From: Lama guanicoe
Taxonomy: Eukaryota
Assembly: GCA_013239625.1 (NCBI GenBank)
Contig: MU053810.1
Coordinates: forward strand, 4,434,071-4,498,070
Direction: 5' to 3'
DNA: 64,000 nucleotides
Shown here: positions 1 to 11,170 of the stretch, piece after piece
Position numbering within the stretch: the first letter of the stretch is position 1
Layout of the letters: each line of letters starts with the position of its first letter
Made by a program: the position numbers and the translations under genes
Notes under the pieces: model-generated
What the model saw: the letters and a program-made list of their open reading frames with translations, nothing else
Databases searched by the model: none
What the model was told of the DNA's origin: nothing

Positions 1-2534
1 GTCTCAAGGAAAACCAGGCCGCCAGCAGCCTGCATACTTTCATCTTGGGAGGCATCACTTTTTGTCTGTTGCCTTCACCGCCTCAGTTGGGTGTGGATTG
101 TCATTTACATTTTCTCACCCACCCTGAGGGCATCCTGCAGGTGGACCTAACCCAGTCCCTGTCTGCATCTCCAAGGTGCACCGGGAAGACACTAATCATT
201 CCAACTGTGAGGCAGGTGTGGCTACCTGGGAAGGTGACCGGGGCCAATTCAAGTCTCCAGATCATGGAGAAAACCCCAGTTAGTACACAGAACTCCCATT
301 ACACAAGGTGGGTCATGAAGAAATGAGGGAAGATATTCCCTTGTATATGATCTCAATTTCCATGTCAAAACAAGAGAAAGTTTATTCAAAGCTTCTAGGA
401 GGAGTTTGGGTTAGCTGTAAGAAAGAACTAGTAAGCATGGAGATTTTGTGTCAGTTTAAGCTGTCAGGATTTGAAAAACAGAACAGGTTCAGAGAGGTGT
501 AAGAGAACTCTGAGTTGGGAGGTATTCTGGATCAAAGGACCAGTCATGTGTAGGTAGCTACTGGTGTCAAATCCTGATGGGAAAGCAGAAGTGGCAGATT
601 AACAGACTGTGAGAGAGCCCGGGTGCAGGCCGGCCAAGTGCAGGGTCACTGCAGGCCGTGGCCTTGAGCCAGCCTCTGGGAGCCACACCCCAGCAGCCTC
701 CTCTTCCCCAGATCATCCCTGGGCCAAGGCTGCTGAGGTGGTTACAAAAGCCGAATTCAGGAGCCATAGCACAGGATCAGAACCAGGAGGAAGAGAGTTT
801 ACGGGAAGGGATGGTTTCCCCAAGCCCCATACTCTGAACATCGTAGTGTTGTTTCTTCGGTGAGGAATAATGTCAGCAGAATCTTCCAGGATTTCTATGA
901 GCTAGAGACATCCAGATGTGAAGCTAAGTAAAGATATATGTGGGGAGGGGCTTGGAGAGGGACAAGAGTCCAGTGAACAATCCCATAGTGATAATCATTA
1001 AAAGTGGTTCAGCAAGATGTTCTAACACTGAAAAAGTGGTGGTGGCTGGTTTAGAATAGACAGGGTAAGTACTTCGAATTTTAGAGGAGGAAGAAAACTG
1101 GCCCCACTCTTTTTGGACAGAAAGGTCAGCCATTTCTAGAGGTAGTGACAGTGAGATTGTGAGACTTGGGGAGAAAACCTAGAGTGCTGGGGGGACAAGG
1201 TTACCACCAGTACACGCTGGAGCCTTGTTACAGTCTTAAGGAGAAAGGTAACTTCAAGGTCCAGAGTGTTGACCAACGCTGTGCTTAGGTCATTGTGGGG
1301 AGACACCAATCAAGAAAGGAAACAGGCGGAAATAAAGCCCAAGAATTCAAAGTAAATCTGAGTCCAAAAACTCAGCTAGGGAAAGATCTTAGTCTGGAAG
1401 TATTAGGATATGGAGTTGATGAGCAAATTGCCTGCTGATCACAGTAGAGAAATTGTCCACTGTAGATTAAAGGAACTTTCTTGGAGTAAGTTGGTAGATG
1501 TGCTCTATTTCCCAGAGAAAGTGAGGGTTTGTTCTGTAGGGGCTGGTCTTTGCCCTGAGGTCACTCACAACTCAAACAAGATCTTTGTGATCCAATGGTA
1601 GCTTCCTAACTTTAGAATCCAACAATTATAAAATAACATAGATTACATATTTTCCTCTTTCCCTTTTCCCTTTGGTGCTAGGAAGCTCAGAGCCAAATTT
1701 CTATCTGCCTTAAGTATAGAATACATTTCCATGTTCTGACTTTTCCTCTGGCCTCTATTATTAGTTATTTCTTATTTTAACTTCATATTACATTCATTCT
1801 AGGAGTGTGTGTGTTTTGTAAGTCAATTAAGATCCTTTTCGGAATGAAACAAAGATAGAAAAAAATTAAGAAAACCTCTCCTCTTTATTTTCATCTTCCG
1901 TTTTTATAAGGGTTTTGTTGGGCTAGTTTGGGTTGTATGGCTGGGCAAAAGCTTCTGTGTCAGCTTCCAGAATTTATGATGGCCTGAGGGTTTGATATAC
2001 ACCAAATGACCAAGCATCCCAGGACACTTCCAGTGAGTAGAGAGAAAAGATGTTGGACTGTGTGATGCTCTTCATTGTGCTTTAAAATATTAACCTTGTG
2101 GATGAACCAGTGCTATTTAAACAGATGCATTTTTGCTGCAGACATGTGAAGTCTATTTCCTGAGTGATAGGAGAAGACCCCAAGTACTGCAGCTCAAACT
2201 GAAACTCTGATTAGCTGACGAGTGAAATGGGTTTGGTGTTCTCAGAGAGTTTCCCCGAAACTCCCCGTAAGAGCAACCCTATAACCTGCTCACAGCAGGT
2301 GATCCTTAAAAATGGAAGGAGCAAAATGAGCAAACAGCCGTACAGGTGGCCCTCCCTGCTGAGGTGCAGCGGCTGCCAGAGGACAGCCACTGTCCTGGGC
2401 ACAGGGAAGGGAGATGTCCTAGAGGGATTCCAAAGCCCACTGAGCATCAGAGTCACTTTGTAAATTTCCCCAGTATTTGAATTCACCGGGACTGTGGTGG
2501 AATGTATTTCTATGGATATACATGTATGTGTGTA

Positions 2535-2724
2535 TGTATATTCTCAGGGGTCTCCAGAAACAGGTCCTATAGGAGACAGAGATATATATAAATAGGATAT
2601 ATGTTTTGTATATATACACAAATACATATATATGTGTGTATGTTTGTGTTTAACAGGATGGATGGGTGGATAGATAGAGAGATCAATCGTATTGGTTCTG
2701 TTTCTCAGAACTCTGGCTAACACA
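2535..2724. mobile_element. MLT2 (ERVL) LTR terminal fragments in inverted orientation around a TA/TG/GATA microsatellite
   Basis: tcaggggtctccagaaacaggtcctatagga (2543-2574) and tattggttctgtttctcagaactctggctaacaca (2690-2724) both resemble the MLT2 terminus, on opposite strands. Confidence 0.6.
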
Positions 2725-4661
2725 GTCCCACCTGTACAAGGAGCCTGGTACATAGTCTACTTTGTGTTTTCTCTCTCCTACATAAACCGGGTCTAATTGT
2801 ACCGGGCTATCCCAGAGAATGAAATTGTGCTGTGATGAGCCGTAACTCCATTCCTCAGAAATGCTTCCATCCGTGTTGCACAGATAAACCACCTGCTTCC
2901 AGCGGTGTTAGGATGACATCATCCTTCTTTCCTGGTCCTGATCCTTGCACCCAGCCGCCCGCTGCCAGGCACCACAGCTCTTCAGCAGCATGTGCTTTGT
3001 GCCCTTCAGGGTCTGAGACATTTCATTTTGGTCATGGTTCTGAGGCTTGATTTAAAATGCGAGCCTGGCCTGGTCACTTGGCTGGTGCGTGGACTTTTCT
3101 GACCGCTGGCTCCCAACACAACTCTGATGTTCTCCGCTTGGCTGCCTATGATGTGGTCGGAGTCAGTTTCTTCATGAAATCTCTTGTTGAAAAGAAAGCT
3201 AACTGCTCTTGTTGATGGAGACAGTGAAGAAACCCATAGGGGCCAAAGAAAGCAATGGTTCTCAGGCAGAAGTAAAAGATCATTTGGATAAATTAAAGCA
3301 AGGACTGTCCAATTTGGAAAGAATTATAAAGAGTAAAGGGGTCACTTAAATTTGGTAGTTAAGCTTTCTGGTATTTAATGGGGTAGATTTTATGATAGCT
3401 CAGTGTGTGCAAATGCAGTGAGCAGTTCATCTCATTGGCAGGACACATTTCTCATACTGCTAAGGGTCTGCTTTCACGTTACTTTCTCCCAGGTTGACGG
3501 TCGGCAATCAGGAGTGTAATCTTGTTGTGGTCTCTCTGGGCTGGGTGACGATTTGACTTTGTAGCTGTCATGCTTTATAAGGCTGTACTGGACCTGTTGG
3601 GAATCATTAAAACTATAAACTTTTGGAAGGACAGGGCAAGGAAATTCACATTTATGGGGTGCTATCATGTGCCAGACAAGGTGCAGATTTGTCACTTTGG
3701 TTGAATTACTGTCCCAAGTTTATTGATGAAAAGAAACTTGTGCAGGGCTGTTTGGAGGTAACTTCAGGTCCAATTGATTCCAAATTGTATACTCTTCCCA
3801 GCACATAATTCTGCTTTTGATAAAGTGCTAAGTAGCTGCACATTTATCAACTATATATAGGGAATATCATGGTATTTACACTTGGAGTGGAGTTGTGTGA
3901 TTACATATTCCCGGAAGCTTTTTCTAGTTCATAGAGAGTTTGTGTAGGACACTCCCTAAGGGAAAACAGAATAATTGAGGTTGGAAACAGCTTAACCCCA
4001 AGTCATAAAAATCACTGACGTAGGAAACTAAGAGGGAAATGGTTGCCCTGAGTGGGGAAGAGGTCATGTGTCCCTGGTACCAGCTGTGTGTTCGTGGAAG
4101 GAATGTCTTCAGCCTCAAAAAATATGACCCCTTGAACATGCTTTATTTTTATATCACTACTATTTCAGAAAGCATGGCAATGACAAGTATTCATTTGTGC
4201 ATTAGAATAAAGCCCAGACTCTTTAAAGGGTGAAATAATTTATTTCTCTTCCCTGGACCCTGCCCCCCCATCCCATACACACCACATCTCATGGACACAC
4301 AACTCCCTTTCTCGCCGGTTACTAGGTACCCTGTGGCAGTCCAAACAGGCACGGATATGACGTTCTTCTGTCTTCCCTCTTTTCCACGGTGCAACACGTG
4401 TTCTGTAAACAACAGGAGAAGTAATTATGTAGCTGGGCATTTGTTACACAGTCACCCTTTGGAATATAATAGAGAAATGTTCTAAGGCGAGGAAATATTT
4501 GTTTGAACTAATGCCTGGAAACTGAACATCGTATCCACTTCATCGTAATATATACCACACATCTGGCTCATTTTCCTATATTGTACCTGAGTGGGTGGGG
4601 TGATATTTGCATTCTTTTTCCAATTCTGGGCTGTCCCATGTAATCTAGTCTGTGCACGCTA

Positions 4662-4686
4662 GGTGTGTGTGTGTGTGTGTGTGTGT
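4662..4686. repeat. (GT)n microsatellite
   Basis: Read directly. Confidence 0.95.
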
Positions 4687-4989
4687 TTTACATTCCCTTT
4701 TCCGGCATCTGCCATTCACTCTGAGTTGGAGCATTACCATTGCAAAACTATCACTGGCGTCTTCGAAACACCCATGTACATTCCACAGGTCAAGCAAATG
4801 GGCTATGTGACCGCATGACGCCTTTTGTTTAAAAGAAATCCAAGTGGCAGCCCAGCACTTTCCACCCAGTGGCACTTTATACTGTTAACTGTGGCAACTG
4901 AATAGTGAAGCTCAAAGGATTTTTTAGAAGCTGCTGCCCCAGCAGGTAACCTTCTGGGGTTGGTTCTTTTTATTATTGTTGTCTTTTAT

Positions 4990-5216
4990 TTCCCTGCTAT
5001 TTAAAATGTCCAAACCTTCTCGCTTGGCTAGACCTTTCTTTGCTAATGCAGCTTCTAAGCTGCCATCATCTAGAAGGGATGATTTAAACAGCAAACAGAG
5101 AAAAAGCAGCTTAGGGGAGAAGATTTTGAGAACTGAGAGTAAAGGAAATTTGGTTGAACAGCAGCAGGTGCAAACGGCAGCCACTCCTGCCCAGCGGAAG
5201 ACTTCGCCACACAAAG
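4990..5216 (+). promoter_or_regulatory. Candidate alternative promoter or first exon
   Basis: Repeat-free block with a MEF2/TATA-like CTATTTAAAA (4997-5006), several CpGs, donor-like AAAG|GTAATA at 5216/5217 and E-box CAGCTG at 5231. Confidence 0.2.
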
Positions 5217-7649
5217 GTAATATTTTAAATCAGCTGCTTTTGTCAGTTCAGGTTTAAAAACTTGTTTCTTAATAATCCTGCTGTATAACTTAAATGAATG
5301 AGACTTCTTATGGTTTCAAAAACTTATCCGTTTGTGTGTGACCCTTCTAAAATCCTAGAGTGTGTTGCAAAAATAACCAATAATTAGGAGGATAGAGGTA
5401 ATAGGACTTTCATTCATTCATTAAGGGATGATAAAAGAAAAACGGACTGTTTTCACTTCCCTTTGAGAATGGGAGATTTTACTCTTGGTAGTGTTTCACC
5501 GTCTTTCGTAATCCAGTTATATTCGCATGAAGTTTCTTTTTCATTGCTTATCTGTATGAAAAGAAACAGAAAAAAAGAAAAGAACATGTTCTAAAAACAG
5601 ATCATTAACTAGCAAAAGAATTTGTGCATGCTTAGGGTTTTGCAGTCTCTTTTAAAAATGAATTTCTATCTGAAATGATAATCTAATGATATGGTTCTCC
5701 TAGCCAAGCATGACAAAAATCTCTGCAAACATTGTTACCTGGGGCATTTAAGTGGGTCTTCTCAGGTGATTGTCAGAATGTTTCACTGAGCAAGAACATT
5801 GTTGAATATTTGACCTAGAATTGAGAAATGTTGTAGCCAAATAAGGCTATCTATTATTTTTGTGTGTATAATCACAGATGGCAATGAAATCATAACTTCA
5901 GATATCACAATTATTTCCTCCATTATTCCAAGAACCACAAATTAAATCACTAAATAACCTTTATAAGTAGTTATCTGAATACATTTTAAGCTCAACCAAA
6001 AATGTAATATTTGGTCCTCTGATTTTATACTAAAATAAAAAATTGTTTTAATATTCTCATTCTTATAATTGGAAGTTTTCATTTTATAGAAAAAAATTTC
6101 ATTGTATAATTTTAATTCTGACCTCCTCTCTTTAAAATGTTACAAATGAGCATGCAGTAATACACTTTTGTGCCAGGTGCTATTTCAAAGATGTAAATTT
6201 CTGTCTGGAAAATTTTAATTTTGTCCTGATCTGGCTCATTTATTGTTTTATCCACAATGATCACTGGAATGTTTGTACAAAAACAATTTTGCTAACCAAA
6301 ATACTGTATAAGAGACACATACATTGTACGCTGAAGGACTCTGAAAGTACTGATGGAAGTTGCTTCATAGACTGAATTTTGGCTGCTTACAAACAAAGTT
6401 CTTTTTGATGGTATAATATGTGTAAAGGTCTAAAAAGCTCTTCTAAAAAAGAATGTCACTCACCTCAATTGGAAGAGTGTGCAAACATTCATACAGCATA
6501 TTCATCTGTGTTTGTGTCAGGTACCAGGGAGGGGGGTTCTAAACAAATAATCTGAAGCTAAATGCTTATTCCAAAGATTATTCAAAATACTGACCTTCTT
6601 TTGCAACCTGTGAGAACATCTTTGGATGGAGTTAGCGGGTAAAAATAGTTTTTCTTTGAAAACAGTTATGGTTTGGGGGTTAGTTAAAAGTCACTTGAAA
6701 CCAAGAATGATTATCAGGGTACAAGGTTAATGGAGACAGTGCACACTTTTGTAAAAAAAAAAAAAATCAAAAACAAAAACAAAAACAAAACAACCAGGGA
6801 CTGATGATAAACTACTGTGGTGATGTTCCCTTTGTGTCTCCCTGAGAGGACCCAGGCTGTCCAAAAGGAAAATGTTCACTGCAAGAATTCTGAAATCGGT
6901 AGCAGGACTGGATCATTTTGAAGGGTAACACTCATCAGAATGTGTATTTGTTTTTAATCAGGGTCCTTTTTTCCTGGCCAGACGTCATATCATACAGAAC
7001 CAATAAAAGCCTTTAATTGTTGGAGAACAGGGCGAGGGCTCTCTTTATGGGATAGTCGTGTTGTATGAGGCTTTGACTTCAAGTGCTTATTGTAAGATCA
7101 AGAAATCCAAGTAATAGTCCTGCGTCTTGGGTTGGGTTGAGTTGGCATGCGTTCTTACCCTTGGCCTTAGGATCTTACTGTTAGTTCTTTAGAATGTTTA
7201 TTTCATTTGATCCATAAGGTTTAGTTTAGGATCTTCATGTGTGTTCTCGTGGATCTGACTTTTTTCCCCCCTTGAGTAATTCATTTGGTAGTGTAAGTGT
7301 ATTCCGGTACCTTTTTAACTTTTTTTTTTAATGTGAGTCTCTCATTTAGTTTATTTCTTAAATTAGTGCCATGAGCTTTCCCTCCACCTCTGTTCCATGT
7401 TCCTCTCACTGTCTCTTAAATTTTATCTTCTGTACTTTTGTTTTCTTACTGGAAAGATTAATAACATTTATTTTTTTCCATTATCATAATTAAGTCTTCC
7501 ATGGTTTACCTGTAGGCTAATTATGAAAACTGAAGATCAATAAAGTGTGTAAGTAATAGGACCTCATAAATATTTCCATTGCTAAGCCCAGAAGTGTGCT
7601 ATCATCATTTCCTCTTATCGTCTTGACTCTTTTTAGTCTTCTCAGCATT

Positions 7650-8440
7650 TCTCATTCTCCCAAGGACAATATATGACTCTATTCATAAAATTCCTTTTCT
7701 TCCAGATATTTCTCCCTGTTTCCCTTTCTCTTTCTGTCCTCCTCTTTCTTGAATGATTCTCAAACCTCTAGACAGCACTCTTTTCTGGAGCAAATTCCTG
7801 AAAAACTACCTCCCAGAAAACTAAATGGGATGTAAACTTCCTGAATTTTTCCATGTCCAAAAAAAACCACTTTATTTTCTTTTCACATTCCAATGATAGT
7901 TGGGATAGGCATAGAGTTTTAGACCCCAAGTAATTTTTTCCTCATCAGTTTAAAAGCTTTTCTCCATTATCTTTTGGGATTGAGAAGTTTTGGTGCGAAG
8001 TCCTGTGTCGCTCACACGTTCGCACTTTCCTTTGTGGGTGATTTTTTTCTCTCTCTTGAAGCTTTGAGTACATCCTCTCTGTCCTTGATGATCTGACATT
8101 TCTCTGAAGTATTTAAAAGTATGGGGTTCTTCCCGTCCACTTTCACTGGACACTCAACAGGCCCTTTGCAATTTAAAGAGCAGTCACCTTCAGTTCTGGG
8201 AATTCTTTATTTATGAATTCTTTGATAATTTCTTCCTCTGTATTTGCTTTAATTTTCCCTTTTATGGATCTCCTATGCTTTGGCTGTTAAACCTACTGCC
8301 TAATTTTCTCATACTTATCTTTCCCTTACATTTTTTATCTCTTGTCTTTTCATGTTTTCTAGATTTTTTGACCTTATCTTCCAACTCCTCTACTGTTTAA
8401 TTTTGTTCATCCTCATATTTTTAATTTCCAAGAAGCTTTG
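7650..8440 (-). mobile_element. Old L1M/HAL1-like ORF1-region fragment
   Basis: T-rich strand with motifs such as aatgatagtt.gg.taggcatagagtttt and cagttctgggaattctt...tctttgataatttcttcctct; subfamily uncertain. Confidence 0.55.
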
Positions 8441-8999
8441 CCTTGATTATTTTGAGACCAGAATACATGGTATTGGTTTCTATCTATAAGCAGTAGATCG
8501 ATCTTACCTGATGTAGTTATCTTGGTCTATTCCAGCTTGATGGTACCACCCATCCACGTTTAATGATGTGAGTCACTACATCACTGTGATGCCAGTGTGC
8601 CTTTCATTCTGAGCCAATACTCCACATTGGCCCCTAGAACCGAAGATCTTGGCAGAGAACAAACTTTCGGACAAGAGCATTGGTATCTAATTTTCACCCA
8701 TGAAGAACTTTCTTCATGATGCAAACTCACCATCTGGAAGATGAATGTTGCAGTGTATGTGGAGATGCGCCAACAATTTGATTCAGAATTAGGGTGTGAG
8801 TCACATCTGAGAATGTGACATTTCTTCCAGAGCTTTCTGTACTCCCCTGAATTCTGCTTAGCTATATTCCCTCAAATTGTTTGGTCCTGATTTTATTTAT
8901 TTATGTAGCCTCTTAGTGCTTGTAAATAAAGAAGTGGCAGGAGCACTGACCACTAGCTTGGTTTGGAAAAACAGCTTCTGTCTCCTGTATGTTTGTAAT

Positions 9000-9252
9000 G
9001 ATGATGGTGATACAGTCTAACGTCTGCTGAACTCGTCCCATGCACCCAACACAAGTCTAAGCACGTTATCCATATATTGTCTCAGACCATCCTTATAACA
9101 ATCCTACGGCAGCCCTAGTTTGCAGATGAGGAAATTGAGGCAAAGAGTTTCAGTTATTTCCCCAAGATCATAAGGCAGACAGGAAAAGCGAGAACCAGCA
9201 TTCTAATTCTGGTGCTTTTCACCCCTGAACCTACACATTTCACCACTGTGCT
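9000..9252 (-). mobile_element. MIR SINE
   Basis: MIR core tttgcagatgaggaaattgaggc...ccccaagatcata. Confidence 0.75.
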
Positions 9253-9578
9253 AAAGCACCTTTCTAGACAGGAAAACAACTCTTTCATCAAAGACGTTAT
9301 TAACAAATGAATCCAAACCTTAAGATTGGATGGTCTGGTCCCCGAAAATAACTGCCTGGTGACATTCTGTGGTTCAGAATATGCCTTTCTGTTTCCAGCC
9401 TTTGATTTGTTGCTGTTTCTCAGACAAAACAAAGACATGATAAAGGAAGAGAACAAATTCTGGAGTTAATAACTATATCACAATGCTGTAAATGTCTTTT
9501 CTAATATTGAGAAATGAAAAGATGCATTGAATATGGGACTTTGCGATCCCAAGATGTACACTCTTGCCTGCAGGCTTG

Positions 9579-9620
9579 AGTGTGTATGCGCACGCGTGCA
9601 CACACACACACACACACACA
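9579..9620. repeat. (TG)/(CA)n microsatellite immediately upstream of the NRL insertion site
   Basis: Read directly. Confidence 0.9.
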
Positions 9621-10009
9621 GAAACATTCTGTGTACAATTCAAAAAAGGCTCTTCCAAGAGTGCCAAGTGGGCTCTGTGCCCATAGCCCCTTGTTCTGAA
9701 CACAGAGGCACCAGGCCCTGCTCAGTGGGGCCTCCAGTCTCTGGGGAAGCTGTGCCTGCCTGGATCTGATGAGGACACATCATCTCTGCTATCCCTAAAG
9801 TGTACCCCTCCCATTCCAGCCCCAGAATGGCACTCCCTCCCAGTCCCCTGGCCATGGAATATGTCAATGATTTTGACTTGATGAAGTTTGAAGTAAAGAG
9901 GGACCCTCTGAGGGGCGATCTGGCCCCGCCACAGCCTCACTGGGCTCCACACCCTGCAGCTCAGTGTCTCCTTCACCTCCCTTCAGTGACCCAGGCACGC
10001 TGGGGCCTC

Positions 10010-10445
10010 CGACAGCAGCCGGCCAGGCCTGGAGGAGCTGTCCGGGGCTGCGGAGGCACTGGGGCTGAGTGCTGGGGCGGCCGTGGAGCTGCTGCGGGGT
10101 CAGGGCCCAGTCCCTGCTGAGGGCTCCCACACCTGCTATCCAGGGAGCCCAGAGGAGACAGGAGCCCAACATGCCCAGCCGGCGGAGCGGTTTTCGGACG
10201 CGGCGCTGGTGCCGATGCCCGTGCGGGAGCTAAACGCAGCTGCGGGGCCGCGGGCGCACGCGGGCCCGCTGCTCCAAGCGGCTGCGGCGGCGGCGCGGGC
10301 CGGGGTGGCCCGCCGGGCCAGGGGGCGCGACCTCTGCCAGGCTCGCTGTGCCCGGCTGGCCCCGAGCGGCTCGGAGCCAGAGGCCATTCCCGCTGCTTCT
10401 GAGCCGCGGGCCGTGGAGCGGAGGAGTGCTCCACCCCGGAGGCGG
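10010..10445. promoter_or_regulatory. CpG-island-like segment within the NRL retrocopy
   Basis: Very high GC and dense CpG in an otherwise CpG-depleted, AT-rich background; function untested. Confidence 0.6.
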
Positions 10446-10994
10446 CTGTCCCATTCATTAGATGGTTCCTGAGCCCTTTCTGGTGCCAGACACTCCTTCG
10501 GATGACCACACAAGTATCCCCCAATTTCCTGGACCCTCAAGGCATACTCTGGGGTTAGATGCTGGTCATTTTCTGGGAAAGGGGTCCCTTCCCCTCACGC
10601 AGGACATGCACAGAAATCTTTCACCTTCTGCCCCATTCTACATGACCAGGACACTGAAATCTGCAAGAGTCAGTGCCAGTCACTTTCTATATAGGCGGGA
10701 CGGGAGGGAGCGTGGATGATGGCTGGGTGACACAGTAAATGGGAGGTGAGGGAGTGGTGCAGCCCCTCCCTCAGTTTAGATTTTAATTCAAGGTTTTCAA
10801 CCTGTAGTGCATTAATGTGGTAATTAGCAATGAGGCTGTGTTTTCATTCCAAGACTTGTAGCCTCCCCATTTTAGGACTACTGCATTTTCATTTCAATTC
10901 CCAATATCAAGACAGACCAGGAGCTCTGATCAAGAGGCTCTGTTCCTGTGAAACCCAGTGGCCTCCAGGGCCCAAAACAGCAAGACCTGTGGTG

Positions 10995-11170
10995 GGTGTG
11001 GGCTCAGAGAGAACACCGAACAGGAGTCTGAAGACCTGGGCCCTAGTCTCAGCTCTGCCACGGGATGCCTCTGTCACCTTGACCAAACCATTTGCTCCCT
11101 GGTCTTGATTGCCTCATCTAATCCTCATTTGGATTGGATGACTTCTGACACTTTTTCAGTTCTGGCATCT
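10995..11170 (+). mobile_element. MIR/MIR3 fragment carried within the NRL retrocopy 3'UTR
   Basis: gaacaggagtctgaagacctgggccctagtctcagctctgccac...tgtcaccttgaccaaaccattt. Confidence 0.6.

Noticed and set aside
1..1620. Possible old LTR/ERV-derived sequence at the window start (also ~61860-62820)
   Set aside because: Composition is suggestive, but I could not recognise a family or any retroviral peptide; needs RepeatMasker
9800..10472. NRL-like ORFs (9800-10120, 10083-10472) as a functional NRL or novel Maf gene
   Set aside because: Multiple frameshifts, loss of the basic region and most of the zipper, plus TSD and poly(A), indicate a processed pseudogene
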